Positions 27,477-38,071 of a stretch of DNA of 39,910 nt are shown piece by piece (positions within the stretch are counted from its first letter, which is position 1; every line of letters starts with the position of its first letter). The stretch comes from Flavobacteriales bacterium (GTDB lineage Bacteria > Bacteroidota > Bacteroidia > Flavobacteriales_D > UBA2798): positions 1-39,910 of the forward strand of contig DATGXI010000168.1 of the NCBI GenBank assembly GCA_035299065.1, given 5' to 3'. The translations under genes and the position numbers were made by a program. The notes beneath the pieces are model-generated. The model ran no database searches. It saw only the letters and a list, made by a program, of their open reading frames with translations, and had not been told where the DNA came from.

Positions 27477-30400
27477 ATGACAAAATTTTATTCCCTTATT
27501 GTCCTTTGCCTATTTGTGGTATCGGCACACGCACAAACTGTTTATCCCGATTATGTGGATGGACAAATTTATTTCAAGATCAAAAAAGAGACCCGTATTT
27601 TCAGGTCACTTGATGGTGATTTTTCCAACCTTCCGGTAAGTACCATTCCTTTCCTGGACAAGGTGCAAAAATCGGCAGGTATCACACACCTTGAACAACC
27701 ATTTGTTCACGCTAAAAAATCGGCTGAATTGCACAGGATATTTCGCCTCACATTTACCAATGTAGCAGCAATTGACGCCATCATTCAGCAGCTGGTTGCT
27801 ACCGGTGAAATTGAATATGCCGAAAAAGTTCCTTTAACAAAAACCACGTTAACCGTTAACGATCCAAGTTACCCATCGCAATGGGGACTTGCAACCATTA
27901 ATGCACCCCTGGCATGGAATTATTTCAGCACAGGGAGTACAATTGTGATTGCAATTGTTGACGATGCGGTTGAACGTACACATCCTGATCTAAGCGCAAA
28001 CCTTTGGGTAAACCCGGGTGATCCTACAGTAAATGGTGTGGATGATGATGGAAATGGATATACAGATGATGTGAATGGCTGGGACGTTGCCGACAATGAT
28101 AACAACCCAAACCCTCCTACAACTGCATTTGATCACGGCACACACGTTGCAGGTATTGCAGGTGCGCGCAGCAACAACTCAACAGGTGTTGCCTCAATCG
28201 GTTTCAGTACCAAATTAATGTGCGTGAAATCTACCAACAGTGCAACAAGTGTTACCAATGGTTATGATGGTGTTTTATACGCTGCTGACAATGGTGCCGA
28301 TGTCATTAACATGTCATGGGGCGGTTCAGGTTCATCGGTATCCACACAAGCCATTATTGATTATGCATTTGCACAAGGCTGCGTATTAATTGCTGCAGCT
28401 GGTAATGATGATGTAAGCACCATTTTTTATCCTGCAGGATACACCAATGTAATTGCGGTTGCAGCTACATCAAGCAGTGATGCCAAAGCCAGTTTCAGTA
28501 ATTACGGTACCTGGGTTGACATTAGTGCTCCTGGTAATAACATATACAGCACTACGGTTGGTGCTTCGTACGGAAATAAATCAGGAACCTCAATGGCATC
28601 GCCCATGGTTGCCGGTCTTGCCGGATTAATGCTAAGTTTAAATCCTGCATTAACCAATGTTGATATTCGCAACTGTTTAACATCAAGTGCTGATCTTATT
28701 GATGCCGTTAACCCAAGTTATATTGGGCAACTAGGCGCAGGCCGAATTGATGCCGAAGCTGCTATGAATTGCGTTAGCACAACTTTATCGTGGGCCCCGG
28801 TTGCCGACTTTGTTGCCAATGTTACAACGGTGACTGCTGGCGGTTATGTTGATTTTACCGATTTATCGGTTTATACACCAACCAGCTGGACCTGGTCATT
28901 CCCTGGCGGTACTCCCGCAAGTTATAGCGGAGTAAATCCTCCGAATATTGTTTACAATACACCCGGTACGTACAATGTACAATTAACCGTGTCTAACGTA
29001 AATGGCACTGATGTAGAATTAAAAACCGGTTACATTACCGTTATTGCTGATGGTGGTTGTGGTAAACTTAATTTTCCGGTACCTGCGGGTTGGAACCTTG
29101 TGAACTATTATACAGGCGCAACCTTTGCTGCTGACGGATGGATTAACGGTGTAAATACCTATGCCGACAGGGAAAAAGCAGCATATTTTGATGCATCAGC
29201 TACACCTTATACCACATTGAACAATGTATGGATTGCATTTGGTTTGGCCTGGTGCAACAACACTGCCGACATTGTACCTGTTAAAATTTACGATGGTACA
29301 TCGGGCAGTCCTACTACTCTGTTGGGAACAACCAACCTTACCATGGGGCAAATCATGAGCGATGTTGCAGGCAATTACTATACTGAAGCAAATTTTATTG
29401 TGAACCCTGTTACGTTACCTGCGTCAAAGCGTTTCTTTGTTTCGGTTGATTTAACCAATTTAAGCTGGACAGGTATAAAGGATACGCTTTCAATTGTTAG
29501 CAATAGCAATGGCGAAACAGTACCAAGCGCAATTTGGGAACGCCAAAGTGATTTATTGTGGTATCAATACAACACCGCAGGCTCTTGGGGATTAAATGCT
29601 TCTCTTGTGGTTCATCCATGGTTAACCAGCACGCCAACAAATGCCACATTTACCAACTCTTCATTAACTATTTGTGAAGACAACAGCGTTTCATTTAATG
29701 GCACTGGTTCTACGTATGAAGACACCTTGTTGTGGTATTTCCCTGGTGGAACACCAACACTTTCAAACAGCCTGACTGAATCGGTTATGTACAACACCCC
29801 GGGAAGCTACCTTGCCACACTATATGTAGTTGGAGGTGGTTGTGATTTATTGGATTCAATGTTTGTAACAGTGAACGTAAATGCTAAACCAACAATCAGT
29901 GCAACATGCCCAACTCCTGAAATATGTTCAGGTGGTAGCGCAACAATTACGGCTACAGGCGGATCCACTTATTCATGGTCGCATGGAGCAACAACCTCGG
30001 TTACTACAGTGTTTCCAACAGGAACCACAACCTATACAGTAACGGGATACAACGCTTTTGGTTGTGAAAATTCTGCTACAATTGAAATTGAGGTGCTAAC
30101 TCCACCCACGGCTGATGCAACAGTAGGTGCCACGTTATGTTCCGGCTCTCCAATTAGTTTTGACGGGTCACTGAGTGACGATGCAACAAGCTTCTTATGG
30201 AGCTTGACAGGCGGTTCTCCGGCCACGTCAACAGCAACAGGTGGTACAGTTACATTTACAACAGGCGGTACGTACAACATTCAATTGGATGTGACCAATA
30301 TTTGCGGAACCGACACGGATATTATTCCAATTACTGTCAATACAAGTCCTACAGCAAGTTTCAGCTTTAGCACGGACACTGTTTGTACAACAAACGGATT

Positions 30401-30836
30401 GGTTGCCCTTAGCGCAACTCCTTCAGGTGGGGCTTTTACGGGAACAGCCATTACAGGAACCAATTTTGATCCGGCAACAGCAGGCGCAGGCAACTATACC
30501 ATTACGTATACGTTTACCGATGCCAACTCTTGTGTAGGTACTGCATCTGACAATATTGTTGTTGAAATTTGCTCGGGTATTGAAGAAATGCTGAACGCAG
30601 GTGGAATTGTTGTGTTCCCTAATCCTGCAAGCACTGTATTAAACATCATAGGCCAAACAAACTTTGACCGCATTCAAATGAGCGATGCAACCGGACGTAT
30701 TGTTGCACGCACACAGTTTACACCAACAACTACACAAACAATTGATTTGAACAACCTGCCTAACGGTGTTTACAACATACAGCTGATAAGCTCAACCAAT
30801 GTTATTTACTCAAACAGGATTGTGGTTAGCAAATAA
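27477..30836 (+). CDS. subtilisin-like (S8) serine peptidase with multiple PKD/Ig-like domains and a T9SS C-terminal sorting domain
   Basis: It has a signal peptide and an N-terminal inhibitor-I9-like propeptide. The catalytic triad motifs are D in VIAIVDDAV, H in HGTHVAGIAGA and S in GTSMASPMVAG. Several PKD-like repeats with conserved W...NP...Y...L.V.N appear between aa 440 and 1020. The C-terminal ~80 aa form a T9SS CTD (VVFPNPASTVLNI...GVYNIQLISS...). Confidence 0.85.
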   Translation: MTKFYSLIVLCLFVVSAHAQTVYPDYVDGQIYFKIKKETRIFRSLDGDFSNLPVSTIPFLDKVQKSAGITHLEQPFVHAKKSAELHRIFRLTFTNVAAIDAIIQQLVATGEIEYAEKVPLTKTTLTVNDPSYPSQWGLATINAPLAWNYFSTGSTIVIAIVDDAVERTHPDLSANLWVNPGDPTVNGVDDDGNGYTDDVNGWDVADNDNNPNPPTTAFDHGTHVAGIAGARSNNSTGVASIGFSTKLMCVKSTNSATSVTNGYDGVLYAADNGADVINMSWGGSGSSVSTQAIIDYAFAQGCVLIAAAGNDDVSTIFYPAGYTNVIAVAATSSSDAKASFSNYGTWVDISAPGNNIYSTTVGASYGNKSGTSMASPMVAGLAGLMLSLNPALTNVDIRNCLTSSADLIDAVNPSYIGQLGAGRIDAEAAMNCVSTTLSWAPVADFVANVTTVTAGGYVDFTDLSVYTPTSWTWSFPGGTPASYSGVNPPNIVYNTPGTYNVQLTVSNVNGTDVELKTGYITVIADGGCGKLNFPVPAGWNLVNYYTGATFAADGWINGVNTYADREKAAYFDASATPYTTLNNVWIAFGLAWCNNTADIVPVKIYDGTSGSPTTLLGTTNLTMGQIMSDVAGNYYTEANFIVNPVTLPASKRFFVSVDLTNLSWTGIKDTLSIVSNSNGETVPSAIWERQSDLLWYQYNTAGSWGLNASLVVHPWLTSTPTNATFTNSSLTICEDNSVSFNGTGSTYEDTLLWYFPGGTPTLSNSLTESVMYNTPGSYLATLYVVGGGCDLLDSMFVTVNVNAKPTISATCPTPEICSGGSATITATGGSTYSWSHGATTSVTTVFPTGTTTYTVTGYNAFGCENSATIEIEVLTPPTADATVGATLCSGSPISFDGSLSDDATSFLWSLTGGSPATSTATGGTVTFTTGGTYNIQLDVTNICGTDTDIIPITVNTSPTASFSFSTDTVCTTNGLVALSATPSGGAFTGTAITGTNFDPATAGAGNYTITYTFTDANSCVGTASDNIVVEICSGIEEMLNAGGIVVFPNPASTVLNIIGQTNFDRIQMSDATGRIVARTQFTPTTTQTIDLNNLPNGVYNIQLISSTNVIYSNRIVVSK

Positions 30837-30865
30837 AATGTCTCAGGTTTAAATTTCAAACCAAC

Positions 30866-30899
30866 AAAAACCCGCAGGATTCATCTTGCGGGTTTTTTA
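30866..30899. terminator. bidirectional intrinsic terminator between the convergent S8 peptidase and FGE-like genes
   Basis: AAAAACCCGCAGGAT-TC-ATCTTGCGGGTTTTTTATTT gives a 10-bp GC-rich stem with one G:U wobble. It is flanked by an A-run and a T-run, so it works on either strand. Confidence 0.75.
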
Positions 30900-30904
30900 T
30901 TTCT

Positions 30905-32080
30905 TTATTGGGGAATAAATTCCACGACCCACCTGAATCCAAGCCATTCCTGGGGGCCATTATAGGCTTGCCGAACATTGGTTCGTGAATGGTTTGCAAA
31001 ATGCCTGAATGAACCGCCTTTTGCCACACCTTTTTCACTGGTCATTTCGGCTACGTTGCCAAAAACATTGTACAAACCATTCATATCGGGATTGTAGCCC
31101 AGCACAATGGAAATATTGTCACCAAAACGTTTTTCTTTTTCCTGGTAATTGGAACAAACACTTTTATCGGGAATGGTGTTATATAACATACATTTCTTGT
31201 CATTGAGGCTGTCCAGTATAAAATCGCTTTTATCAACAGCACGCAAGCCCGAGTTAGCAAATTCACTCCATTCATCAGGCGTTGGAAGCCTTAACTTATA
31301 CATATAACCATAAGAAGTGTATTCGGAAATATAACCGTTGTACCAGGTCAAAAAATCATTTGCCTGGACAAATGAAACACCCGTAATTGGCAGGTCAAGA
31401 TAACCAACCAGTTTCTTGTCGTTTAGCAATGATTTAGGCAAAAGTATTTTTCCAAAAAAATTATATTTGACTTTATACCACCCCCAGTATTTTTTCTGGT
31501 CATTTTCTTCCTCTTCGCTCATTTTTCGCAGCAGCTGACGAAAAACCAACCTGTTGTTATAAGCCATATGACTGGTATCGGGCAATGCCTTTGAATCCTT
31601 ATATGCTGCGGGAATACTTTCAGTTATGGTCATTAAATAAGCCAGGTATTCGGCAACGCTCACTTCTGTTTGTGAAACGTTGTAGAAAACATTACCAGTT
31701 GTTACACTGTACAATGGACCCGACATTTTCTTATGAATAAAAAAGTGATCAACACCCTTATCCTTTACCCTAACAAGGGGTTTCCTGTTATCTTCAATTG
31801 ATACATTTTCGTAAACCGGCTTAAGTATCTCCTTTCCCTTTTCATCATACAGCCCGTACTTTTTTTCAAGCACAACTATAAAGTATCCCCCGCCTCCATC
31901 TTCTATAAAATCAAATGTAGGTTCCAGAATTGCCTTTTTAGTTTTATCGTAAAGTCCGTACCTCTCATTAAGGGTACCAATATATATGCCTGATGAGTTT
32001 GCTTCAAGTAGTTCCACTTCCTGGGCATTGGCCATGTACCCAACTACAATTAGCGCGAATGTTAAAACTATAATTTTCAT
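30905..32080 (-). CDS. secreted WG-repeat / FGE-sulfatase (SUMF1/EgtB/PvdO-like) domain protein
   Basis: It has a signal peptide, N-terminal KKYGLYD-type WG-like repeats x3, and a C-terminal formylglycine-generating-enzyme-like fold (GLYNVFGNVAEMTSE...GGSFRHFANHSRTNVRQAY...GFRWV). Its architecture resembles GldJ/GldK-class Bacteroidota lipoproteins, but identity is not established. Confidence 0.6.
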   Translation of the reverse strand: MKIIVLTFALIVVGYMANAQEVELLEANSSGIYIGTLNERYGLYDKTKKAILEPTFDFIEDGGGGYFIVVLEKKYGLYDEKGKEILKPVYENVSIEDNRKPLVRVKDKGVDHFFIHKKMSGPLYSVTTGNVFYNVSQTEVSVAEYLAYLMTITESIPAAYKDSKALPDTSHMAYNNRLVFRQLLRKMSEEEENDQKKYWGWYKVKYNFFGKILLPKSLLNDKKLVGYLDLPITGVSFVQANDFLTWYNGYISEYTSYGYMYKLRLPTPDEWSEFANSGLRAVDKSDFILDSLNDKKCMLYNTIPDKSVCSNYQEKEKRFGDNISIVLGYNPDMNGLYNVFGNVAEMTSEKGVAKGGSFRHFANHSRTNVRQAYNGPQEWLGFRWVVEFIPQ

Positions 32081-32163
32081 TTGGATTGTTTTTTTACAAA
32101 AGTAAGGGTCGATATGAATATACCAATACGTAAAACAACTTAAATCAATGGAAATTTGAATTT

Positions 32164-32826
32164 TTATTCGAGGTAAAATTCAGCCAGTTTAAGGTCAAAT
32201 GGGTCAGTAATCTTAATGTTTTCGCGGTTACCTTCAACCGTATTGATTTTAATGCCGCAGCGCTCAACCAAACCGGCATCATCGGTAACCGTGCTGTCAA
32301 AAGGCAAACGGTATGCCTCTTTTATGACATCAACCGTAAATCCCTGTGGAGTTTGAACGGTAAACATATTCTTGCGGTCTACCGATACGGACGTATTTAA
32401 TTCATTTTTGCGCAACGATTCCACAACCGGAAGAACAGGAACTGCATTTCCCGATTTTTGAGTGGTTTCAATTACACGCTTAATGGTTTGTTTGCTCACA
32501 AGCGGGCGAACCCCATCATGAATTAGAACAATTCCATTACCGGTTATGCTTTCAACCGCATTGCGCACACTATGAAAACGTTCATCGCCACCCTTAATAA
32601 CAGTATGTTTAACAGGAAATTTTTTCATCACACAATGGTTGTTCCAGTATTCAATATGTTGCTCGGGTAGAACAACAATGTATTTAAAGGTTGGATCAAC
32701 TTTGTGAAAGGCCTCCAGCGTATGTTGAAGAATGGCTTTGCCTTTTATGGGAAGAAATTGCTTGGGCTGGGCAGCCGACATACGGCTACCCTTACCACCA
32801 GCAACTATAATTACATATGTATTCAA
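32164..32826 (-). CDS. ispD: 2-C-methyl-D-erythritol 4-phosphate cytidylyltransferase
   Basis: It has N-terminal IIVAGGKGSRM and is 220 aa. It is 4 bp downstream of queA. Confidence 0.85.
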   Translation of the reverse strand: MNTYVIIVAGGKGSRMSAAQPKQFLPIKGKAILQHTLEAFHKVDPTFKYIVVLPEQHIEYWNNHCVMKKFPVKHTVIKGGDERFHSVRNAVESITGNGIVLIHDGVRPLVSKQTIKRVIETTQKSGNAVPVLPVVESLRKNELNTSVSVDRKNMFTVQTPQGFTVDVIKEAYRLPFDSTVTDDAGLVERCGIKINTVEGNRENIKITDPFDLKLAEFYLE

Positions 32827-32829
32827 TGG

Positions 32830-33879
32830 TTAAATAATCAACATAGCATCACCATAAGAAAGAAAACGATATTCCTCTTTAATGGCTTCATTGTATGCCT
32901 GCATTAAAAAATCATAACCTGCAAATGCACTTACCATCATTACCAACGTTGACATTGGCATGTGAAAATTGGTAACCATACAATTGGCAACACTAAAATC
33001 ATAAGGAGGATAAATAAATTTATTCGTCCAGCCGTCATACGGTTTTAAATAACCGGTAGTGCTTACTGACGATTCAACTGCGCGCATACTTGTTGTACCA
33101 ACTGCACAAACTTTTTTCTTCTCGTCCTTTGCCTTATTAATAATATCAACCGTTTTTTGAGGAATGATTACCTGTTCGCTGTCCATTTTATGTTTTGACA
33201 AATCCTCCACCTCAACAGGCCTGAATGTACCTAAGCCAACATGCAAAGTAAGGGGTGCAAAATTCACACCTTTAATTTCCAAACGCTTCAACAATTCGCG
33301 GCTAAAATGCAAACCGGCTGTTGGAGCTGCTACAGCGCCTTCGTGTTCAGCAAAAATGGTCTGGTAACGTTGTTCGTCTTCAGGAATAACATTACGCTTA
33401 ATGTATTTTGGAAGTGGCGTTTCACCCAGATCAGTAATGATTTTTTTAAACTCCTCATACGGACCATCAAAAAGGAAACGCAATGTACGTCCACGCGATG
33501 TTGTGTTGTCAATCACCTCGGCAACCAACGAATCGTCTTCACCAAAATATAATTTATTACCAATACGAATTTTACGTGCAGGATCAACCAATACATCCCA
33601 CAACAAACTTTCACGGTTCAATTCACGCAATAAAAACACTTCAATACGCGCGCCTGTTTTTTCCTTGTTACCATACATACGTGCTGGAAACACACGCGTA
33701 TTGTTCAGGATCATTACATCGCCATCGTCAAAATATTTTAAAATATCTTTGAATTTTTTGTGCTCAATTTTTTGCTTTTCGCGGTTGAGTACCATTAAAC
33801 GCGATTCTTCACGGTTTTTTGAAGGATGTTCCGCAATAAGTTCAGGCGGAAGTTTGAATTTAAACTGAGATAACTTCAT
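32830..33879 (-). CDS. queA: S-adenosylmethionine:tRNA ribosyltransferase-isomerase
   Basis: It has N-terminal [12 protein letters not shown]. It is 349 aa, the typical QueA length, with the family's conserved motifs. Confidence 0.85.
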   Translation of the reverse strand: MKLSQFKFKLPPELIAEHPSKNREESRLMVLNREKQKIEHKKFKDILKYFDDGDVMILNNTRVFPARMYGNKEKTGARIEVFLLRELNRESLLWDVLVDPARKIRIGNKLYFGEDDSLVAEVIDNTTSRGRTLRFLFDGPYEEFKKIITDLGETPLPKYIKRNVIPEDEQRYQTIFAEHEGAVAAPTAGLHFSRELLKRLEIKGVNFAPLTLHVGLGTFRPVEVEDLSKHKMDSEQVIIPQKTVDIINKAKDEKKKVCAVGTTSMRAVESSVSTTGYLKPYDGWTNKFIYPPYDFSVANCMVTNFHMPMSTLVMMVSAFAGYDFLMQAYNEAIKEEYRFLSYGDAMLII

Positions 33880-34084
33880 CTTACAGGATTAGTTTTAGTG
33901 TTGTGTGTATAAATAATAAGGGCGCAAATGTAAGGTAAGGAGTACCCCCTTGTCAAGCCTTTTCTGAATGTTTGGGAAATTAATTCTTAAAGGGCTGATT
34001 CTAAAGCAAAATAAAGAGAGTAATTCTTCTCTGCGAGCTGTGCGAGACCTGCTTTTGCGCACGCTGCGATTCAATTTTAGGTAG

Positions 34085-36310
34085 TTAAACCCTAACACCC
34101 ATGAGGCATATATCGTCATTTTGCTCATACCCCGCAGCCCATTCAGCAAGGGTTTTCTCCAATTCAAGCCTTTTTTCCTGCGAAGGGTTGTTACCGGCAG
34201 CCATTAGCATTTGTTTAAGGCGACTACTCTTGAATTTTTTGCCTCCACGGTTCAGGTCAGGACCTCCAAATTGGTCACCATACCCGTCTGTATGCAAATA
34301 AATCCAGTCACCGGTTTGCATTTGCATGATGTGATTGGTAAATGCTTTACGGTATTCATAACGGCCAATAGGCTGCTTGTCGGCTTTTACTTCAATCAAT
34401 TCGTAGTTTACATTCTTGCGCACAATCCATAACGAATTGTTTGCCCCGGCAAATTCCAGTTGCTTTGTTTTACGGTCATACAGGCAAAGTGAAATATCCA
34501 TCCCATCGCGAATTTCGTCAACACTGTTTTTATTGAAATATTCTTCTACCAATTCGGCAAGTTTATTTAAAATGTCACCCGGATGTATCAATTTAAATTC
34601 ATCAACCGCACGGTTTAGTGCATTGTTGGCAATAATGCTCACCATACTTCCTGGCACGCCATGACCGGTGCAATCCACCACAGCAAATAAAAATTTGTCA
34701 TTTCCACACTCGTGTGCCCAGTAAAAATCACCGCTCACAATATCTTTGGGTTTAAACAAAATAAAATATTCCTGCAGGTGTTTTCGCAAAAATAATTCAG
34801 GAGGCAGCATGGCATTTTGCAAACGCAGGGCATAATGTATACTATCGGTAATGTCTTTGTTTTTTTCCTCAATCTCCTGTTTTTGCAATTCAATTTCTGA
34901 ATGCTGCGAAGTGATTACAGCATTTTGTTCCATTAACCGTTCATGTGCTGCTTTTTTATTGCGATAGCCGCGCAATACAATTGCAATAATAATGATCATG
35001 GCTACAAGCCCGCATATGAGTGACACACGAATAATAAAATCATGTTTTTCATCGGCTTTGCGTTTTAAATCAGCTACTTCCTTTTGATGTTCAAACTCAC
35101 TGTTCATCTCCATTTCAGTAAGTTTTTTTGAATTTTCATAGGAGTTTAAACTATCTTTTACCGTATTGTATTGCTTAAAATAAGCATACGCTTTTTCGTA
35201 ATTGCCTTTTTTTGCCCAGGCCTCGGCCAGGTAATCGTAAGCCCGGTGTACACTCCCGTAAACTCCTTTTGTATGCAATTCAATAGCTTTATCCAGGTAC
35301 AAAATTGCCTCGTCCCATTTTTTAAGTAAAAGGCAATAATGGCCAAATTCAATGGACGTTTGTAATAAAGCAGCTTCGTCATTTATTTCAATGGCTACAT
35401 CAGTCGCCTGTTTAAAATACGCTTCAGCTTTTTTAAAATCTTTTTTCTCAACGTAAATTAGTGCCAGGTTACGGTAACTCTCAGCAAGCCCTGAACGGTT
35501 ACCTGCTTTTTTGCGAATGGTAAACGATTTGTTGTGGTAATACAGCGACCTTTCGTACTCTTTTAACGTAAAGTAAACTGATCCAATATTATTGTACCCA
35601 ATTGCAAGGTCAAGATCATCGTGCATGGTTGAATCAATCACAACACTACGCCTGTAATACTCCAGCGCTTTTTTATAATTACCCTGGTTGTCATAACAAA
35701 GCCCAATGTTTGTATAGCACGATGAAATGGATGAAGAGTCTTTCATTTTTTCAGCCAGCTTTTTGGCTTCGAACAAATAATCAAGTGCTGTTTTAAAATC
35801 ACCCTTATTAAGATACAAAAGTCCCAGGTTACCTGCCGATGAACTCAGGCCTTCCTGGTCGTTTAACTTTTTTCGCAAATCATATCCCAGTTTATAATAA
35901 TAAAAAGCGCTGTCAAGGTTCCCCATGAAATCATAAATAACACCAATGTTGTTGTATACAAGCCCCAATTTATCTGAACCGATGCTTTTATTGAACTCCA
36001 GAACTTTAAACTGGTCAGCTAATGCTTCGCGGTAATTTCCCAGGTGCTCATACCCGAATGCACGCAACGATAAAAAATTGTACCATGCTTTTTGGTTGTT
36101 TTTTTCCTTGCCAACAATGGCCAGGCCCTGGTTGCAAATGAGCACGCAGGTGTCGGGAGCATGGTCCAGGTAATCAAATGCGCGATCGTATATTGAATCA
36201 AGCTGCGCAGTACCCATGTTTTTTTTCACTCTTTTTTGGGCTGATGCATCAACACCTGCAAAAAGCAAAATCAGGATAAAAAAGGTTTGGTATGTAAAAA
36301 ATTTAGCCAC
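34085..36310 (-). CDS. TPR-repeat, single-TM, PP2C/SpoIIE-type protein-serine phosphatase (RsbU-like output domain)
   Basis: A GTG start is supported by an in-frame stop 9 codons upstream. It has a signal peptide, ~9 TPR units (YNNIG.VY...A..YY pattern), one TM helix (LICGLVAMIIIIAIVL) and a coiled coil. The PP2C motifs follow (GDFYW...DCTGHGVPG...HTDGYGDQFGG...D). Confidence 0.8.
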   Translation of the reverse strand: MAKFFTYQTFFILILLFAGVDASAQKRVKKNMGTAQLDSIYDRAFDYLDHAPDTCVLICNQGLAIVGKEKNNQKAWYNFLSLRAFGYEHLGNYREALADQFKVLEFNKSIGSDKLGLVYNNIGVIYDFMGNLDSAFYYYKLGYDLRKKLNDQEGLSSSAGNLGLLYLNKGDFKTALDYLFEAKKLAEKMKDSSSISSCYTNIGLCYDNQGNYKKALEYYRRSVVIDSTMHDDLDLAIGYNNIGSVYFTLKEYERSLYYHNKSFTIRKKAGNRSGLAESYRNLALIYVEKKDFKKAEAYFKQATDVAIEINDEAALLQTSIEFGHYCLLLKKWDEAILYLDKAIELHTKGVYGSVHRAYDYLAEAWAKKGNYEKAYAYFKQYNTVKDSLNSYENSKKLTEMEMNSEFEHQKEVADLKRKADEKHDFIIRVSLICGLVAMIIIIAIVLRGYRNKKAAHERLMEQNAVITSQHSEIELQKQEIEEKNKDITDSIHYALRLQNAMLPPELFLRKHLQEYFILFKPKDIVSGDFYWAHECGNDKFLFAVVDCTGHGVPGSMVSIIANNALNRAVDEFKLIHPGDILNKLAELVEEYFNKNSVDEIRDGMDISLCLYDRKTKQLEFAGANNSLWIVRKNVNYELIEVKADKQPIGRYEYRKAFTNHIMQMQTGDWIYLHTDGYGDQFGGPDLNRGGKKFKSSRLKQMLMAAGNNPSQEKRLELEKTLAEWAAGYEQNDDICLMGVRV

Positions 36311-36329
36311 TGGTTCCAGTGGCTAAATT
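36300..36329. repeat. perfect 14-bp inverted repeat AATTTAGCCACTGG-TT-CCAGTGGCTAAATT spanning the GTG start codon of the TPR-PP2C gene
   Basis: This was read directly and both arms are exact reverse complements. On the minus strand the hairpin is followed by TTTTTT (AAAUUUUUU). It is therefore also a candidate terminator for the upstream PBP-like/TPR operon. Confidence 0.7.
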
Positions 36330-36375
36330 AAGGTATTTGACTATGTAATTGGCCTAATTTATGGCCTAAATGGCA

Positions 36376-38064
36376 TTATTTACACTCAGCCGCTGGTGTT
36401 GCACTTGCAATTTCTTTCACTTTCATAAGCTCAGCTGCTGCCGCATTCCACTGTTCACTGGCATTTAGCGTAATTACTTTGTCCAGGTAACACCTTGACA
36501 TACCTACATCTTTTTTGTCAGAGTAGTAATAATAACGTGCCAGGAAGAAATAGGCTTCTGCCAGTTTTTTATTCATTTTGGCAACTTCTTCGGGTTTTAC
36601 TTTAGCCACAAAAGTTTCATACGCGGTTTTTGCAACCCATGTTTTTACATCTAATTTGTCAAGACAATCCTGTCCCCAACCAACGTAATAATAAGCAGGG
36701 GCATAATCAGGCATTTCCTTGCTGTATTCTGTCCAGGCATATTCAACTATTTTACATGAGTCAATGTTATAGGCCGCTTGTCCCATGAAAAAATAATCAT
36801 TCACATCTTTACTACCTGCTGCCCTGCGTTTTTTGAACCATTCTACCTGCTTGGCATAATTCTTTTTCTCTTTGTAAATAGCAATTATTTCGTCAATCAA
36901 TCCAAGCTTGTTGGCATGGTCCATCATAATTGCTTTTTCAATGTTTTCATCGCGTTTTTCTTCGCTACCGCATTTACCGTGAATACGGCTCAGGTATTCA
37001 TAGTCGGTTGGTGTAATTTTGTCTTTCGGACAAACTTCCATAAACTTATTCATGATCTCCAATGCTTCGGCACATTTACCCAACTCGTACAGGTCATATC
37101 CTTTCAGGCGCATAACCCTTGGTTCGGTACCACCACTCACTTTTTCAATTTCAGTAATTTCGTTAAGTGATTCGGCATACTTTTTAGCTACAAACAAAAT
37201 ACCTGCATAACTGATGCGGGCCGATATGCTTCCTTTATTCATCTCAAGGTATTTCGCATAATCCTTTAACCCTTCTTCAATCTTACCGTTTAACACGTTG
37301 GCATCACCACGGCCCCTGTACGCAGGTGCATAGTTGGGTTCAATACCCATAGCGGCATTGTAATTGGTTATTGACCTGTCAAACTGCTTTGCGCGGTAAT
37401 ACATAAAACCAATGCGCGCGGTAGCCTTTGCCGATTTAGGGTCCAGTTCAGCTGCTTTTTTGTATGCATTAATTGGATCGGTAGCGTTTAATTTGTTTGA
37501 TTCAAACAAAGCATCGCCTTTCACTATATAAGCAGCTACGTTGTTTTCATCCAGGGCAAGCGCTTTTGCAACAAGCTCCAGTGATTTTGAGGGATTTTTT
37601 GATGTACCCTCCAACCAGGCTTCGGCTCCCTCAACATACGCACGAACTTTCATTTCGTCTTTAATCTTAACACCTTTTTCATTGAATAAGTTCCAGGCAG
37701 CATCAAGACTTGCCTGCGCTTCACTGTTTTTATCCCTTACGCGGTAAATTTTAGCAAGGCCAATATGGTTCAATGGCATTTTAGGATTTACCTCAATGCC
37801 TTTTTTGTATAGTACCTCGGCTGAATCTCGTTTTTCAGCGGCAAATAAATTTTCGCCAAAGTAAAACCAGGTTTCAGCATTGGCAGGATCTTTCGCAACA
37901 AGTGTTTTAAATACCGAAGTAGCTTTTTCAAACTGCTCGTTGTCGGTCATTTTAATGGGTTGCATCAATGCAGTTGATTGTGCCTGGCATTTTCCAGCCA
38001 TTAAAACCAAAGCAACTGCTGTTGCACTAAGAGACGTAATTTTCATAATATTTCGCGTGTTCAT
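36376..38064 (-). CDS. secreted TPR-repeat protein
   Basis: It has a signal peptide (MNTRNIMKITSLSATAVALVLMAGKCQAQ) and TPR-like repeats throughout its 562 aa. It is 7 bp downstream of the PBP-like gene. Confidence 0.7.
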   Translation of the reverse strand: MNTRNIMKITSLSATAVALVLMAGKCQAQSTALMQPIKMTDNEQFEKATSVFKTLVAKDPANAETWFYFGENLFAAEKRDSAEVLYKKGIEVNPKMPLNHIGLAKIYRVRDKNSEAQASLDAAWNLFNEKGVKIKDEMKVRAYVEGAEAWLEGTSKNPSKSLELVAKALALDENNVAAYIVKGDALFESNKLNATDPINAYKKAAELDPKSAKATARIGFMYYRAKQFDRSITNYNAAMGIEPNYAPAYRGRGDANVLNGKIEEGLKDYAKYLEMNKGSISARISYAGILFVAKKYAESLNEITEIEKVSGGTEPRVMRLKGYDLYELGKCAEALEIMNKFMEVCPKDKITPTDYEYLSRIHGKCGSEEKRDENIEKAIMMDHANKLGLIDEIIAIYKEKKNYAKQVEWFKKRRAAGSKDVNDYFFMGQAAYNIDSCKIVEYAWTEYSKEMPDYAPAYYYVGWGQDCLDKLDVKTWVAKTAYETFVAKVKPEEVAKMNKKLAEAYFFLARYYYYSDKKDVGMSRCYLDKVITLNASEQWNAAAAELMKVKEIASATPAAECK

Positions 38065-38071
38065 TTTTTGT

